Part shown: piece by piece, positions 35,901 to 47,416 of the stretch | Layout: every line of letters begins with the position of its first letter | How positions within the stretch are numbered: position 1 is the stretch's first letter | Position numbers and translations under genes: made by a program | The notes under the pieces: model-generated | Database searches by the model: none | What the model was told of the DNA's origin: nothing | The model's input: the letters and a program-made list of their open reading frames with translations, nothing else | Source: Oculina patagonica | Taxonomy: Eukaryota | Assembly: GCF_052425735.1 (NCBI RefSeq) | Contig: NC_135759.1 | Coordinates: 29,512,001 to 29,576,000 of the forward strand | Direction: 5' to 3' | Length of the DNA: 64,000 bases

Positions 35901-37579
35901 TAACTTCCATTATACTACTGGACACTGAATGAAAGGTATTCAGAAGAATTGCCCTAATTTGATGTCTGTCCTCTAGATGACAAGGACCAGCAATTGAGAA
36001 GCCACCATCTTCATCTGCACAGCCTTGTGAATAAACAGAGATGTAGCTCAATCTATGTGAACACCTGCCAGCAAAGCACAAGAAAACCATCCAACTGTCT
36101 TTCCATAAGCCTGAAGATATTTTAGCAGATAAATTCTAGGTTAACAATCGAAGAGTGTGGTGCAACGGGGGAAATGTTACCTTTTGGCTGATGTTTTACT
36201 TATGCACCGAAGTATACAAGTTATGGGACACTGCTTTGCTCTTTGCATTAATTTTATTTTATTTTTTGTTAAAACCTGTCCTTTTAAAGATTTTAGCCCA
36301 TTTAGTAAAACTCAATTAAATCGACGAGAATAAAGAAGACAAGAGAGTTCCAAATCTGTGAGAGTCCCTGCTGTTATGCAGTCTGACAAACAAGAGAAAA
36401 CGACCCTGTACTTCTGTCATAAAGAAACGAGTGCCGTGCAGCAAGACTGTGCTCTACCAAACTTTTCCCCAGATCAATACTGCCGCTTATCTATCATCCA
36501 TTAAGCAGCACCCCAGCTGAAAGTCTTTATTCTTCCTTTAAACACGGAGTATCGCCAAAAAACCTTTTGTTGCACAATAATTAAAAAAAAAAAACATTTA
36601 TAAAACTTTTAAATATTTCTTGATTATATTTATCACTAAAAGATAACAACTGAAGTTAATTTGTCTAAAACTTGTTCAATTACGATGACATATTGGAGTA
36701 CATTTTGCAATTAGGTTTCAATCATGTATTGCATTTAACTTGAATATTTGTTTGTTTCATAAATCTATACGTATTCTACTTTTGGCCGGTTCTGTAATCA
36801 CTGGACGTGGTACTGCAATCTTCAGTGACTGACTACATGCACCACTGTAATTTCTCTAGAACGACTGCACACAACATTTTGCCCATTCAGACAAAGGGTA
36901 ATCAGAGATGGGTTTGGGATTAATAACCATAATAGATCAAAATTCCCAAGCTCAGGCTGAGACCTGTGATTTAAAATGGCTAAAGTTGTTCTCCCAAGAA
37001 AAGAAAAATTAAGCAGTAAGATAAATAAGGGTGAGAGGCAAAGCCAAGAAAGTCGAGAATGGTTGGCATAAACTGAAAACAACCATTTCCAGTAGCAAAA
37101 GACAAAGAGTAGTTCCTGAACCAAAAAAGGGGGTGGCATCAGAACAAGGAAATATGATCCTGCAGCAGGTCTAATATATCAAGAAATGCATATTCTAAGT
37201 CTTGCTTTCAAGTGGCAACATTCAATATCACCGCCTGTCTGATAACAACTTTGTTCTAGAATCTTTTCTCATTTTTACCTGCGACAATTAAGAGAACCTT
37301 TACAGGCAGATGGTGGTGATCGATTTCCGATTGGATACGGCAACAAGGGCCAAACAATAAATGGGTGGTTGATCTATTAAGCAATGTCACGTGGTTTGTG
37401 TGGAAAATCCACGATCACCCCATCGGTCAAGGAAGCCATTTGCCTGGTTACTGGTACATTGAATTCAAGAATGAAGATCAGGCATTCATAAATGAACAAC
37501 AGGAAACGAACCACTGTTTTATAGAAAGTTTAACATTGACGTGGACAGAGAAAGGAGACAAGAGAGAAGACAACAGTGA

Positions 37580-38560
37580 GAGCTTTAGCACTTCGCAATG
37601 CCTGCCATGGGATTCCAACTACCATTACAAAAGATACCGTCAAACTGTACCTAAAGAAAAAAATTATTCCATGGTGTCAAGTTAGACCTTCCAGATCTGG
37701 AACGACTTTTTGAAGTTAACATTATTGCCTACTCGTTAAAATCAACAAAACCAAATGGAGACGATGAGAGTGATACAAACAAAGGTTTCAACCAGAGTTT
37801 GCCACTCACTTGGTTTACCGTTCTCTTTTCAAACGCTCTGGAGCACCTTCTACCATAACCACTTTCAAAATTACGTCTGCTATATCAAAGACCTAGAAAA
37901 TACTCGAAGTCCTTTTGCTGTTCTCCATGTGAGAAATACTGGAAAGATGGATTCATCCTTAATAGTAATGAGAAGACTTGTGAAGCCTACGCCCATAACA
38001 AGTTTTCAGGAGGTGCTTACAGGACTCCTATAAACATCTTCGATCTTCTAGAAGATGAAGGCTTCACCATTTCCCACAGATTAAAATACTTCTCTTATAG
38101 AGCAACATTTGACTTTAATGGTATGTTAAACGCCAAGACTGGTCTTGAAGATACTGAAAAATGCCTCTGGAAAGCGAAGCACGTATCTCTCAGTGTCTTC
38201 TCTAACTAAACAAAGTGTAGTCAACCAAAGTGCTCGGTGTCAAATGGCAATTCCACTCAGCTGGTCAATAATATGATGGACTACCTTATCCAAATGGTTT
38301 GATGAAAGAAGAGTTTCATAGCATCTTTGAAGCTATTGAGAACAAGTCAGGGAGGAAAAAGAAAGCTTCACAACACAGACAACAACAAATGTGGGAGAGA
38401 ACAACGAGGAAGATGAAGGCGAAGACCTGACGGATACCAATAGTGAAAAAGACGATATAGAGTCGGAGATGGAGAAGGAAGTAGAAAAAATCCAGCGGCA
38501 AAAGATAGCCAGACTTGTCGACCAGGCTTATTCACAAGGAGAAAGTAGATCGTTGCAAAC
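37580..38560 (+). pseudogene. Degenerate N-terminal part of a second Polinton-type pPolB; further copies at ~47500-48480 and ~49665-50010
   Basis: Across broken frames: (DNNLCYFRALALHN in copy B) ...CYIKDL..YSKSFCCS.CEKYW...EKTCEA...F.GGAYRTP.NIFDLLEDEGFTI...LKYF.YRATFDF...KH.SLSVS...CFVSNGNS...MMDYLI. Family recognised from memory. Confidence 0.6.
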
Positions 38561-39469
38561 GATGCACTATTCACCACCCAAATTAAGGAGAACATTCATG
38601 CCTGATGATGGACGCCTGGTTACACTACCATGTTGAAGTGAGCAAAAAATAGATCTGAATATTGTCTTGAAAACAGCAAAAGTGTCCACAGCATTTTTGT
38701 CTTCAGCTACACAACAAGTTTTAGATAAAGAGAACATTTTTCATTTGTAGAAAAAGATGACGAGGAGAAAACAAAAAAAAGGTATACCAGGCTGTAATGT
38801 CGCACACCAGAGAACATCTATTGCACATTTAAGATACGGGGACCAATTCATCTTTTTTTCTCTGTGTCGAATAATATTGCATCAATGATGTAATTTAAAT
38901 GAACCAGATTCAATTTGAAAGAACGCTTGGAAGGATGCAACTATTCTGGCCGCTTTTTGCTACATTTAACAATTTTTATTAAGAAGCCCAAGGAAAGGCC
39001 AATGAAAGTTAAAGAAAATGCAGAATCACTGCACAAAATAATTAATTAATTATACAGACTTAGTATTTTTTCGAACATTTTGTACAATATTACTATTTTC
39101 TATTCAGAGTATGTAATTAATTTTTATACTGGTTCTGGTTATGCCTGCAAGTGGCTTTCATTTCAAAACTGGGCATATTTTTTATGTGTCAATTATCAAC
39201 TTTACTATTGTTTCCTGTTAGTTCTGTTGCCAACATTCCTGCAATTTCTTTAGAACTGCTGCACGCAACATTTCGCCCATTCAGACATCAGGTCATCCAA
39301 AAACGGATCAATAGATAATTGCCGTATCAGGCCAGAGAATATACTTCTGGCAGAGTTCGGCACAGTAGCAATGCCACTGACAATACGAAATCTGCAGAAT
39401 GACAATGAAAATGACAATGGGCAAAATACTGACATGGAAAGTATAATTGCTGAACAAATATGGAATATT

Positions 39470-39712
39470 TTCCCTGCTCACACTGGTGATGTGGTGGCGT
39501 TTAATGTGGTTCAAGTTTCGGAGGTAACATCATCAAATGCTATGGAGAAAGAGGGTTTTTCTAGGTGCATAGAGTTGCTTGAAAGTAAGGATGTTACCAT
39601 CAGCAAGATTGCAACAGACCGCCATGTGACCATCACCAGTTGTATGGCCAGGAATCACCCACATATCAATCACCAGTATGATGTCTGGCATCTGTCAAAG
39701 TGGGTGGTTTAA
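39470..39712 (+). pseudogene. Kolobok-like DDE transposase fragment; second copy at 49226-49475
   Basis: VQVSEVTSSNAMEKEGFSRC...IATDRH...HQYDVWHLSKWVVKKL. Confidence 0.65.
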
Positions 39713-40044
39713 AAGGCTATGTTTTTCGAGTAAAATGCAATGGTAAAATAAGAGAATAATAATAATAATTACGAATTTGTTGTGCGCAAATTCCATACGT
39801 AAATGTTCAAATGCGCATTACAAAAAAAAACAACAAAAAATTAAAATTAAAAATTAAAATTCTTAAAAACTAAGTTATAGGTTGAAAATTACAAGCGTTA
39901 AAGTACAATTTATACCTAACTAGAATGAACGATGTAAGATGCTATATCAACATCATGGCAATTGTTATCATCAACAATGTTTGAAACTGCAAAAGTCGTT
40001 AACAATATTCATTGTTTGTTCTGCTTTCTTTCTGACCGTGCAGC

Positions 40045-43000
40045 ATCCATTTGACTTTGAGATGACACCCCATGCTGACCGGAGAGTACGCCGCTTCGGC
40101 TGCATTTGAGAAACTATACGGCAAGACTAGTACAACGAGGTGGAGGAAGCAGTGCTGTGGTCTCTGAGTCGTTGGGGACGAGACCCGTCTTAGCTGAGGA
40201 GATTGCCAAAGCCTTGCAGAGAGCCATTGAAAGACATGTATTACAAGATGGTGCCGTAAGAGACACTGATCACTTATTGATCAATATAAATTCTAACAGA
40301 ATCAGACATGCCTACCATTCTAGAAGATTACTTGTCCGCGACTGGAGACAAAACACGACACAAGCCCAGGAACTGTTGGAACAAGTCAGTAACATGTTGA
40401 ACAGCAATGAAAACTTTAAAATGGACGACTCCTTCACTTTGAACATATCACACATTCAAGACCCTGGAAGGGGAGGTGACAATAGAAGGCTCAAACCGGG
40501 TTTAGCCCCGATTGAAGAAATCTTGGAGAAAAAGAAATGTGTTTTAAAGATTAGAAACACGGATGAACTGTGTTGTGCCCGCGCACTGGTAACTCTAAAA
40601 GCCAGGCTGGACTATGGCATGGATCATTGGTATTACAAGAACTTACTGAAAGGATTTCCAATACAAGAAAAGGCCGCCAAAGAACTACATCAACAAGCAG
40701 GCGTAGAGGAAGGTCCTTGTGGTTTGAAAGAAATAGAGTCTTTTCAAAGACATTTAAACCAGTATCAAATCGTTGTGGTGTCCGTACAACACGGCTACCA
40801 AATAATTTTCAAAGGCAAGGAGCAGACAGATGACAAGCGGTTGATACTCATCAAGCATCACGAACACTATCACGGCTGCACCTCCTTGGGGGGCTTCTTT
40901 GGCAAGAGCTATTACTGTACCAAATGCGAAAAGGGGTTCTCGCACAACGATGTGAAACAGCACAAATGCCCAGGTACCAAGTGTTACGCCTGTCATCAAA
41001 AATAATGTGTGGAATGGAAGAGAGACGGAGCCCTGGCCCGAGTGAACTGTACCGACTGTCATCGCCATTTCTTCGGGAGCGGGTGTTTACAATTGCACAA
41101 GCAGCGTACTGACACCGGAAAGGAGACAGACCCGAGCAAAAAGAACACTGTCTGTGACACGCACAAAAAGTGTGCAGGCTGTCACAAGACCTATGACCTT
41201 TACGAACTGAAAAACAAGCATCGCTGTGGACAAGCCGAATGTCCATCGTGCAAAAAGTACCATGACCTGAGGAAGCATCAATGTTACATTCAGAATCCCT
41301 TAAAGTTGGAGGAAGAAAGGAGAAATAGGAAGAGGACCAATGATGGTCGACCCAAAGAACCCGAGCCACCCATCTTTGTGAGCTGGGACGCAGAGGCCAG
41401 ACAAGATGAAGGCCAACACATAGCCAACCTGATTTGTGCCATGAGATCAGACACAGAACAAGAGAGAACGTTCGAGGAGGAGAACTGTGTGACAAACTTT
41501 TTACGTTGGTTGAGAACTTTGTCAGAGAGAAACCATGTGATAGCCGTGGCTCATAATTTTCAGGGCTACGATGCATACTTCATATTGGAAGAACTGTATC
41601 GTGAAGGTGTCAAGCCCGACCAGATTGTCAATGGTGCCAAGATCCTGAGCATGAGCATACCTAACATCACGTTTAAAGACAGCATGTGCTTCTTGCAGAT
41701 GCCACTCTCTTCGTTTCCAAAATCCTTCAGACTAACGGAACAGAAAAAGGGATTTTTCCCTCATTTCTTCAACACTGTGAACAATCAGAACTATGTGGGA
41801 CGGATCCCCGCCCGTGACTATTATGACCCCCAGGGGATGTCGAAAGAGAGGAAGGAGGAGTTTGATCGGTGGTATGCCGAACGATTGGCGGAAGACTACG
41901 AATTTGACTTCCAAAAGGAACTCGTGTCTTATTGCCGCTCCGATGTTAACTTGCTTCACGAAGGCTGTTAAGTCTTTAGACACGAATTCAAGACCATCGC
42001 TGGCTTTGATCCAATGGAGAAGTGCATCACGATAGCATTGGCATGTAACCGGTTTTACCGTATCAAATGTATGCCTGAGGGTAACTTGGCTTCAGAGCCC
42101 ATCCAAGGATGGCAAGGAAAAGGGCAAGCCCCACTCGCGGGTCTCGCTAGAGTGGCTGCATTTCCGAGACATGAATTCCACCCATGCGATCCAACATGCC
42201 AGAAACGGTGGATAACACGCCATACGTATAGCGGGGCGAGCCATCAACGTGGACGGTTAAAACCATGAGCACAAGACGGTCTACGAGTTCCATGGGTGCT
42301 TTTTCCATGGATGCCCAACTTGTTTCCCACACCGGGAAACGAAGCATCGTAAGATGGGTGACCGAAGCATGCGTGACGTGTACGAACAGACACAAGAGAG
42401 AAACCAGAGAATGAGACAGGCTGGTTACGTGGTAGAAGAGATGTGGGAATGCGAGTGGAACCGTCTCAAAAAGGAGGATCCGGAGGTGAAAGCATTTGTC
42501 GAATCGTTGTCGTTCAACTCCCCCTTGGAACCTAGAGACGCTTTCTTCGGAGGAAGAACCAATTCAGTACGATTATACGCCCAAAGCCGAGAGGGGGAAG
42601 AGATACGCTATGTGGACTTTACCTCCTTGTACCCCTACGTCAACAAAAACTGTGACTACTCGCAAGGCCATCCACAAGTCATTGTGGAGCCCGGACACAC
42701 TGACCTAACTGGTTACTTTGGACTGGTCAAGTGCACCGTGACGCCACCCCATGGTCTGTACAGTCCTGTCTTGCCATACCGTCAGGGAGAAAAGGTAACC
42801 TTCCCACTCTGCCGAACCTGCGTGGAAACGGAACAAAGCAAGCCATTGACGGAGCGGTCCGCCATTTGCCATCACACTCCTGAACAGCGTCAATTGACCG
42901 GTACATGGTGTTCGCCGGAAATAGAAGAGGCGGTGAAACAAGGGTACGTGGTGGAACATGTTCATGAGATATGGAACTTTGAAAAGAAATCAAATACCAT

Positions 43001-43830
43001 GTTCAAAGAGTACGTCAACACGTTTCTAAAAATGAAGCAAGAAGCCAGTGGATGGCCGTCGTGGGTTGGAGACGATCCGCTGAAAAGAGCCCAGTACGTG
43101 GAGGAATTCTATCAGCGAGAGGGGATAAGACTGGAGGCAGACAAAATTGAAAAGAATCCGGGTCGTCGCTCATTGGCAAAAATGATGCTCAACTCGTTCT
43201 GGGGAAAGTACGGTCAAAGAGGTAACAAAAGTCAAGTGGAAGCATTCACTTCCCCGGCCGAATTCTACGACCTGTTGAGAGATGACACAAGACAGATAGA
43301 TGACGTGCGAGTGATGAGTCCCGAAATGATAGAGGTCGTGCACAAAAGTAAAGAGGCCTCCGAAGAGGTGCAACCCGATATCAACATATTCGTCACCTGT
43401 TTCACTACCTGCTGGGCCAGATTGAAGCCGTACCAGGAAGGTTTGGCAGTACTGAAGCCAGAACAAATATTATACTTTGATACTGACAGTCTGATATTAG
43501 GAACAGATCCCTCATTACCCTTGGGTGATTATTTGGGTGATTTTACGAACGAATTGGATGATGGAGACCACATTGTTGAGTTCGCAGCTGCGGGACCCAA
43601 GAACTATGCCTATAAGACGAAACAGGGAAAAGTGGTATGTAAAGTACGTGGGTTTTCACTTAACGTGCACGGAGCCCATCAACTGAACTTTGATACATTG
43701 AGGGAAAACGTAATTGCGGAGGTCACATCTCCATTAGACAAACCCAGGGACATAGCAGTCTTTAATCCTCACAAGATCACCAGAGACAATAAGAACAAGA
43801 CCCTCAACAAGGAAAGTATAGTGTTTTCTG
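40045..43830 (+). pseudogene. polB: Polinton/Maverick protein-primed DNA polymerase B (OTU-like N-terminus, Zn-finger array, exonuclease, Vsr-like insert, polymerase); disrupted
   Basis: DELCCARAL...HHEHYHG; WDAEA; AHNFQGYD; FKDSMCF; KGFFPHFFN; YCRSDV; VYEFHGCFFHGCP...MWECEW; FFGGRTN; YVDFTSLYP; AKMMLNSFWGKYGQ; YFDTDS; GPKNYAY; KVRGF. Stops at ~41003, ~41969 and ~42258, a frameshift near 42125, and apparent C-terminal truncation. Confidence 0.93.
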
Positions 43831-43893
43831 AAACAACTATATACCTTTGTGGTCTTGCTAAGAGAGGAAACTCGTTATTCAGTGCGAGTGTAA

Positions 43894-44370
43894 CGCGTAG
43901 ACTTATCTGCACATGCGTTTAGTGCAAAGTATTTAGTTTCAGATACCACAAGGATAGCCTGGCAGTTTGTGAACAATATATAAAGGATGGTCGTCTTGCC
44001 AACTCTGTGAGTGAATCGCGTAGACTAATCTGCGCATGCGTTTAGTGCAAAGTAATTAGTTTCAGATACCACAAGGACAGCATGGCAGTTTGTGAACAAT
44101 ATATAAAGGATGGTCGTCTTGCTAACTCTGTGAAAGAATCGCGTAGACTAATCTGCGCATGCGTTTAGTGCAAAGTAATTAGTTTCAGATACCACAAGGA
44201 CAGCATGGCAGTTTGTGAACAATATATAAAGGATGGTCGTCTTGCTAACTCTGTGAGTGAATCGCGTAGACTAATCTGTGCATGCGTTTATACAAAGTAA
44301 TTAGTTTCAGATACCACAAGGACAGCATGGCAGTTTGTGAACAATATATAAAGGATGGTCGTCTTGCTAT
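43894..44370 (+). repeat. Tandem repeat, four 123-bp units (Polinton subterminal)
   Basis: cgcgtagac starts at 43894, 44017, 44140 and 44263. Confidence 0.95.
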
Positions 44371-44790
44371 CTCACTATGAAGTGCGAGTGTATCGCGAAT
44401 ATCGAGTATCGAATATCGATCGTTCCCAGGGACGCGCGGCCAGTAGGGTCGGCGCATGGGTCCCAGTTGTAGATCGGTATTTGTCAATAAATAAGTGATT
44501 TTAGAACTGCGCATGCGTGTTTGTTGCCTGTATACCACAAGGGGCGCCGTGTCCTGTGGCTATAGGGGACTCCGTCTCATTTGGGCTTCTTGCGACTTAG
44601 CCCCACCCTAACCTAATGATGACGTCATCTTTTCGGAGGTGACGTGAATTTGCCAAAGTCATGTGACCGGTCACGTGGTGTGACCCTTGTCACGTGTCCT
44701 ATATCCCTCCTATTGATTTGCCATAGACTCTTGGGCGCTTAAATACTGCTCTCTGATTGGTCGTGCTTTATCTAAGCGCCCCATACTACT

Positions 44791-47378
44791 AACATGCAAT
44801 ACAGCGCAAAACTTATCATCACAGTGATTGGAGCATAGTGGTGCTTCTTGGATCTTCAAAGGACGTTATTAAGGCAAGCAAGAGAAGAATGTAGTTGACG
44901 CTAACCGATGTAATCCCTTGAGCTTGGAGAAGAAAAAAAGGATCACTCAAGTAACATGAGTAAACCAGGAAGTGCAGAAATTAATGAAGTCTGTGAAGAG
45001 AGTTTTAAAGAAAAGTTTTCAACCGATAAGATTTAGGAAGTAGAAAGCAAGCCAATCCGAGGGACAAAACCAGTACGGCTAAAGTTGATACATCCGTTGA
45101 AGTGGATTTATCAGAAGAAGAGAATCGCTTCATAAGTTACAATTAACTTTTTGTTCTTATATTGATCAAGTCCTGCCGCAGCATGCAGACTGTCGGTGTT
45201 ACAGTAAATTGTGTGTACCGAAGAGCTGAGAAGAATTTCCACAGCATTTTCCAGTCCAGAACAAGTCAACAGTACCAACCGAGAAGCAATTGATATCAGT
45301 ATTGACCAGAACGAAGGACCATTCATCGTTCAATCAAATTCAGCAAATTTTCCGTAGCCCACGTGAAGCAGGCGAGAGAAGTTCATAAGAAGATGTCACG
45401 CCGATCGAGTCCAGGCAGTTACAGAGTGGTCCACGCATCACTTTAGAGGTCCAAGAGATCAGCGAACCCAGTGAAAAAGAAGCCAACAGACTGAATCAAC
45501 GCCAAGAAACAAGCTTCGCTGGCCAAACAAAACCGATAATTAATTCACAAGGGAACACTCACAACCAAGTGACAAAAAGCATAAATGACAAAAGATCAAA
45601 ACAAAACAGAAGAACTCACAGTGACTCTGTCTCCAGAGACGAATTAGTACACACCGAAACAGTGAGCGAGAAGATTCAGAAAGCAGAAAAAGTTGCAAAA
45701 ACGAGGAAGATAACTCAAACAATAAAAAATATGCATAGAAAACAAAAAGGAAAACAAACAACAAAAAAAGGACCAAATTACTGAATCAGCCACCATGGAA
45801 GCAGCAGCACTTAGAGAATTATAGGATCAGGTAGCTACTCTACAACGCCAGTTAAGATTGCAGCACCAGCAAACAACCAACACCTAAGAGCAAGCACCAC
45901 TTACAGAAACAGCACACTAAGATAATAAGCAGTTTATGATTATGATTATTATCATCTCAAGGCACCATCTCAACCTAATTCAGGAGAAGGCGAAAGAAAC
46001 AAAGATTTGAACATTGACGAAAAAATCTCGCCAATCAAATCAACTGTAGTAAAATCCCTTACACAAAGAGACTTTTAACCGGTTGAGTTGATTTGTTAAA
46101 TTTCCTTTATTGAAGATGTAGGCATGCAATTCATGTGTCCCCAGAGCCACTTGCTCCCCATGTTTCAGCCTCTGCTCGCTCTACTTTGGGGGTGTTATGC
46201 TAAACAGCATGGGTTTCACAGCAACCCAGCGACAGGAGTTGGTTAGTGACAGTCAGAGTTATCCTCATAATGTCACTCATTTTTAGTGCCCTGTTAGCAC
46301 TAGATGAAAACATCTCTATATCAGTTACTGTTGGACAATTCGTTCATTTTATGGTGGCCTTTAAAAACAACCCAGGCTGATTTTACTCCTTCATTTATAA
46401 ATTTATATTGCTGTTATGACAGAAAGTGGGCAGGTCTGATAACAAGAGTTTAAGAGCACTACCGGCATGAAAAAAGATAAATAAGTAAAACGTAAATAGT
46501 TTATTGTTAGTACGTATACTTTTGTAGTGTATTTGTAACTAGTATTGGTAGAATAGAGTGTCATTATAAATATAAAAATGAAAAAATCATCGAAAACAAA
46601 CAAAAAAAACTTCAGATTAAAATTTCCATTACTCCTATAATTCATTTTTTTTTTACTGCAAGGAAGATAATAAACAGTTTATGATAATGATTTTTATCAT
46701 CTCAAGGAACGTTTCAACCTAATCCAGGTGAAGGCGAAAGAAAGAAATATTTGAAGATCGACAAAAAAAAATCTGACCAATCATATCAACTGTAGTAACA
46801 TCCCTTACAACAATCCTTGATACGTTTCTGGTTACAAAGTGCTTGTAAGTAACAGTTATGACTTTTTGTTGTATGTATCATAATTATACTCAAACCTTGG
46901 GCACAGTTTTTTTCTACACCTCCCTCCCTCCCTGGGAATTCGAATAAACTGCTGTTGGATCCAAGTTCTATTTCATCCTTGATGTCCATAAGATCACTGA
47001 AGTAGTTCTTGTACATGTGTACCAGGAATTTGTGACAAGATTCTGTTCTCGCAAACCAAGTGGTGTTCTACCAAGCTTATTTCCCCCCGTATTTCAGTGA
47101 GTTTTAATGCATTTCCTGCCAAAGTCTAGAAGTTGCCCGTTTAGTCTGAAAAATTCAGTTTCAAGCAAAAAACCTATCGTCATAAAATCCAGTTCAGCCT
47201 CGCTTCTGGGACAACTCCATGGGAGTTCAACTTGATAACAAATCAGGCCACCGTGTTACCCGAAATCTCAATCAACCCAATCATAACAACAACAAAAAAT
47301 CAGTGAATTGCTGATTAGATTCACTGCAACATTCAAGTTACCACGTTACCATTTTCAAGCTTGGGTTTGGTTTTTCTT

Positions 47379-47416
<38 letters not shown>

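Larger units (their letters stand above)
33603..39712 (+). repeat. Mosaic duplicated block, copy A
   Basis: Colinear similarity to 44791-49470: 33603-34880 with 44791-46045, 35340-35912 with 46886-47465, 37580-39297 with 47526-49218, and 39526-39710 with 49226-49412. Confidence 0.9.
40045..44790 (+). mobile_element. Polinton/Maverick fragment with one intact terminus
   Basis: pPolB, then subterminal tandem repeats, then the end ...taagcgccccatactact (44785-44790 = ACTACT, i.e. 5'-AGTAGT on the other strand). No matching left end was seen. Confidence 0.85.

Noticed and set aside
40851-41576. 241-aa minus-strand ORF (and similar antisense ORFs over pol and the Myb gene)
   Set aside because: Shadow ORF antisense to real coding sequence.
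43894-44370. Regular repeats as a CRISPR array
   Set aside because: Contiguous 123-bp units with no unique spacers, no cas genes, and a eukaryotic context.
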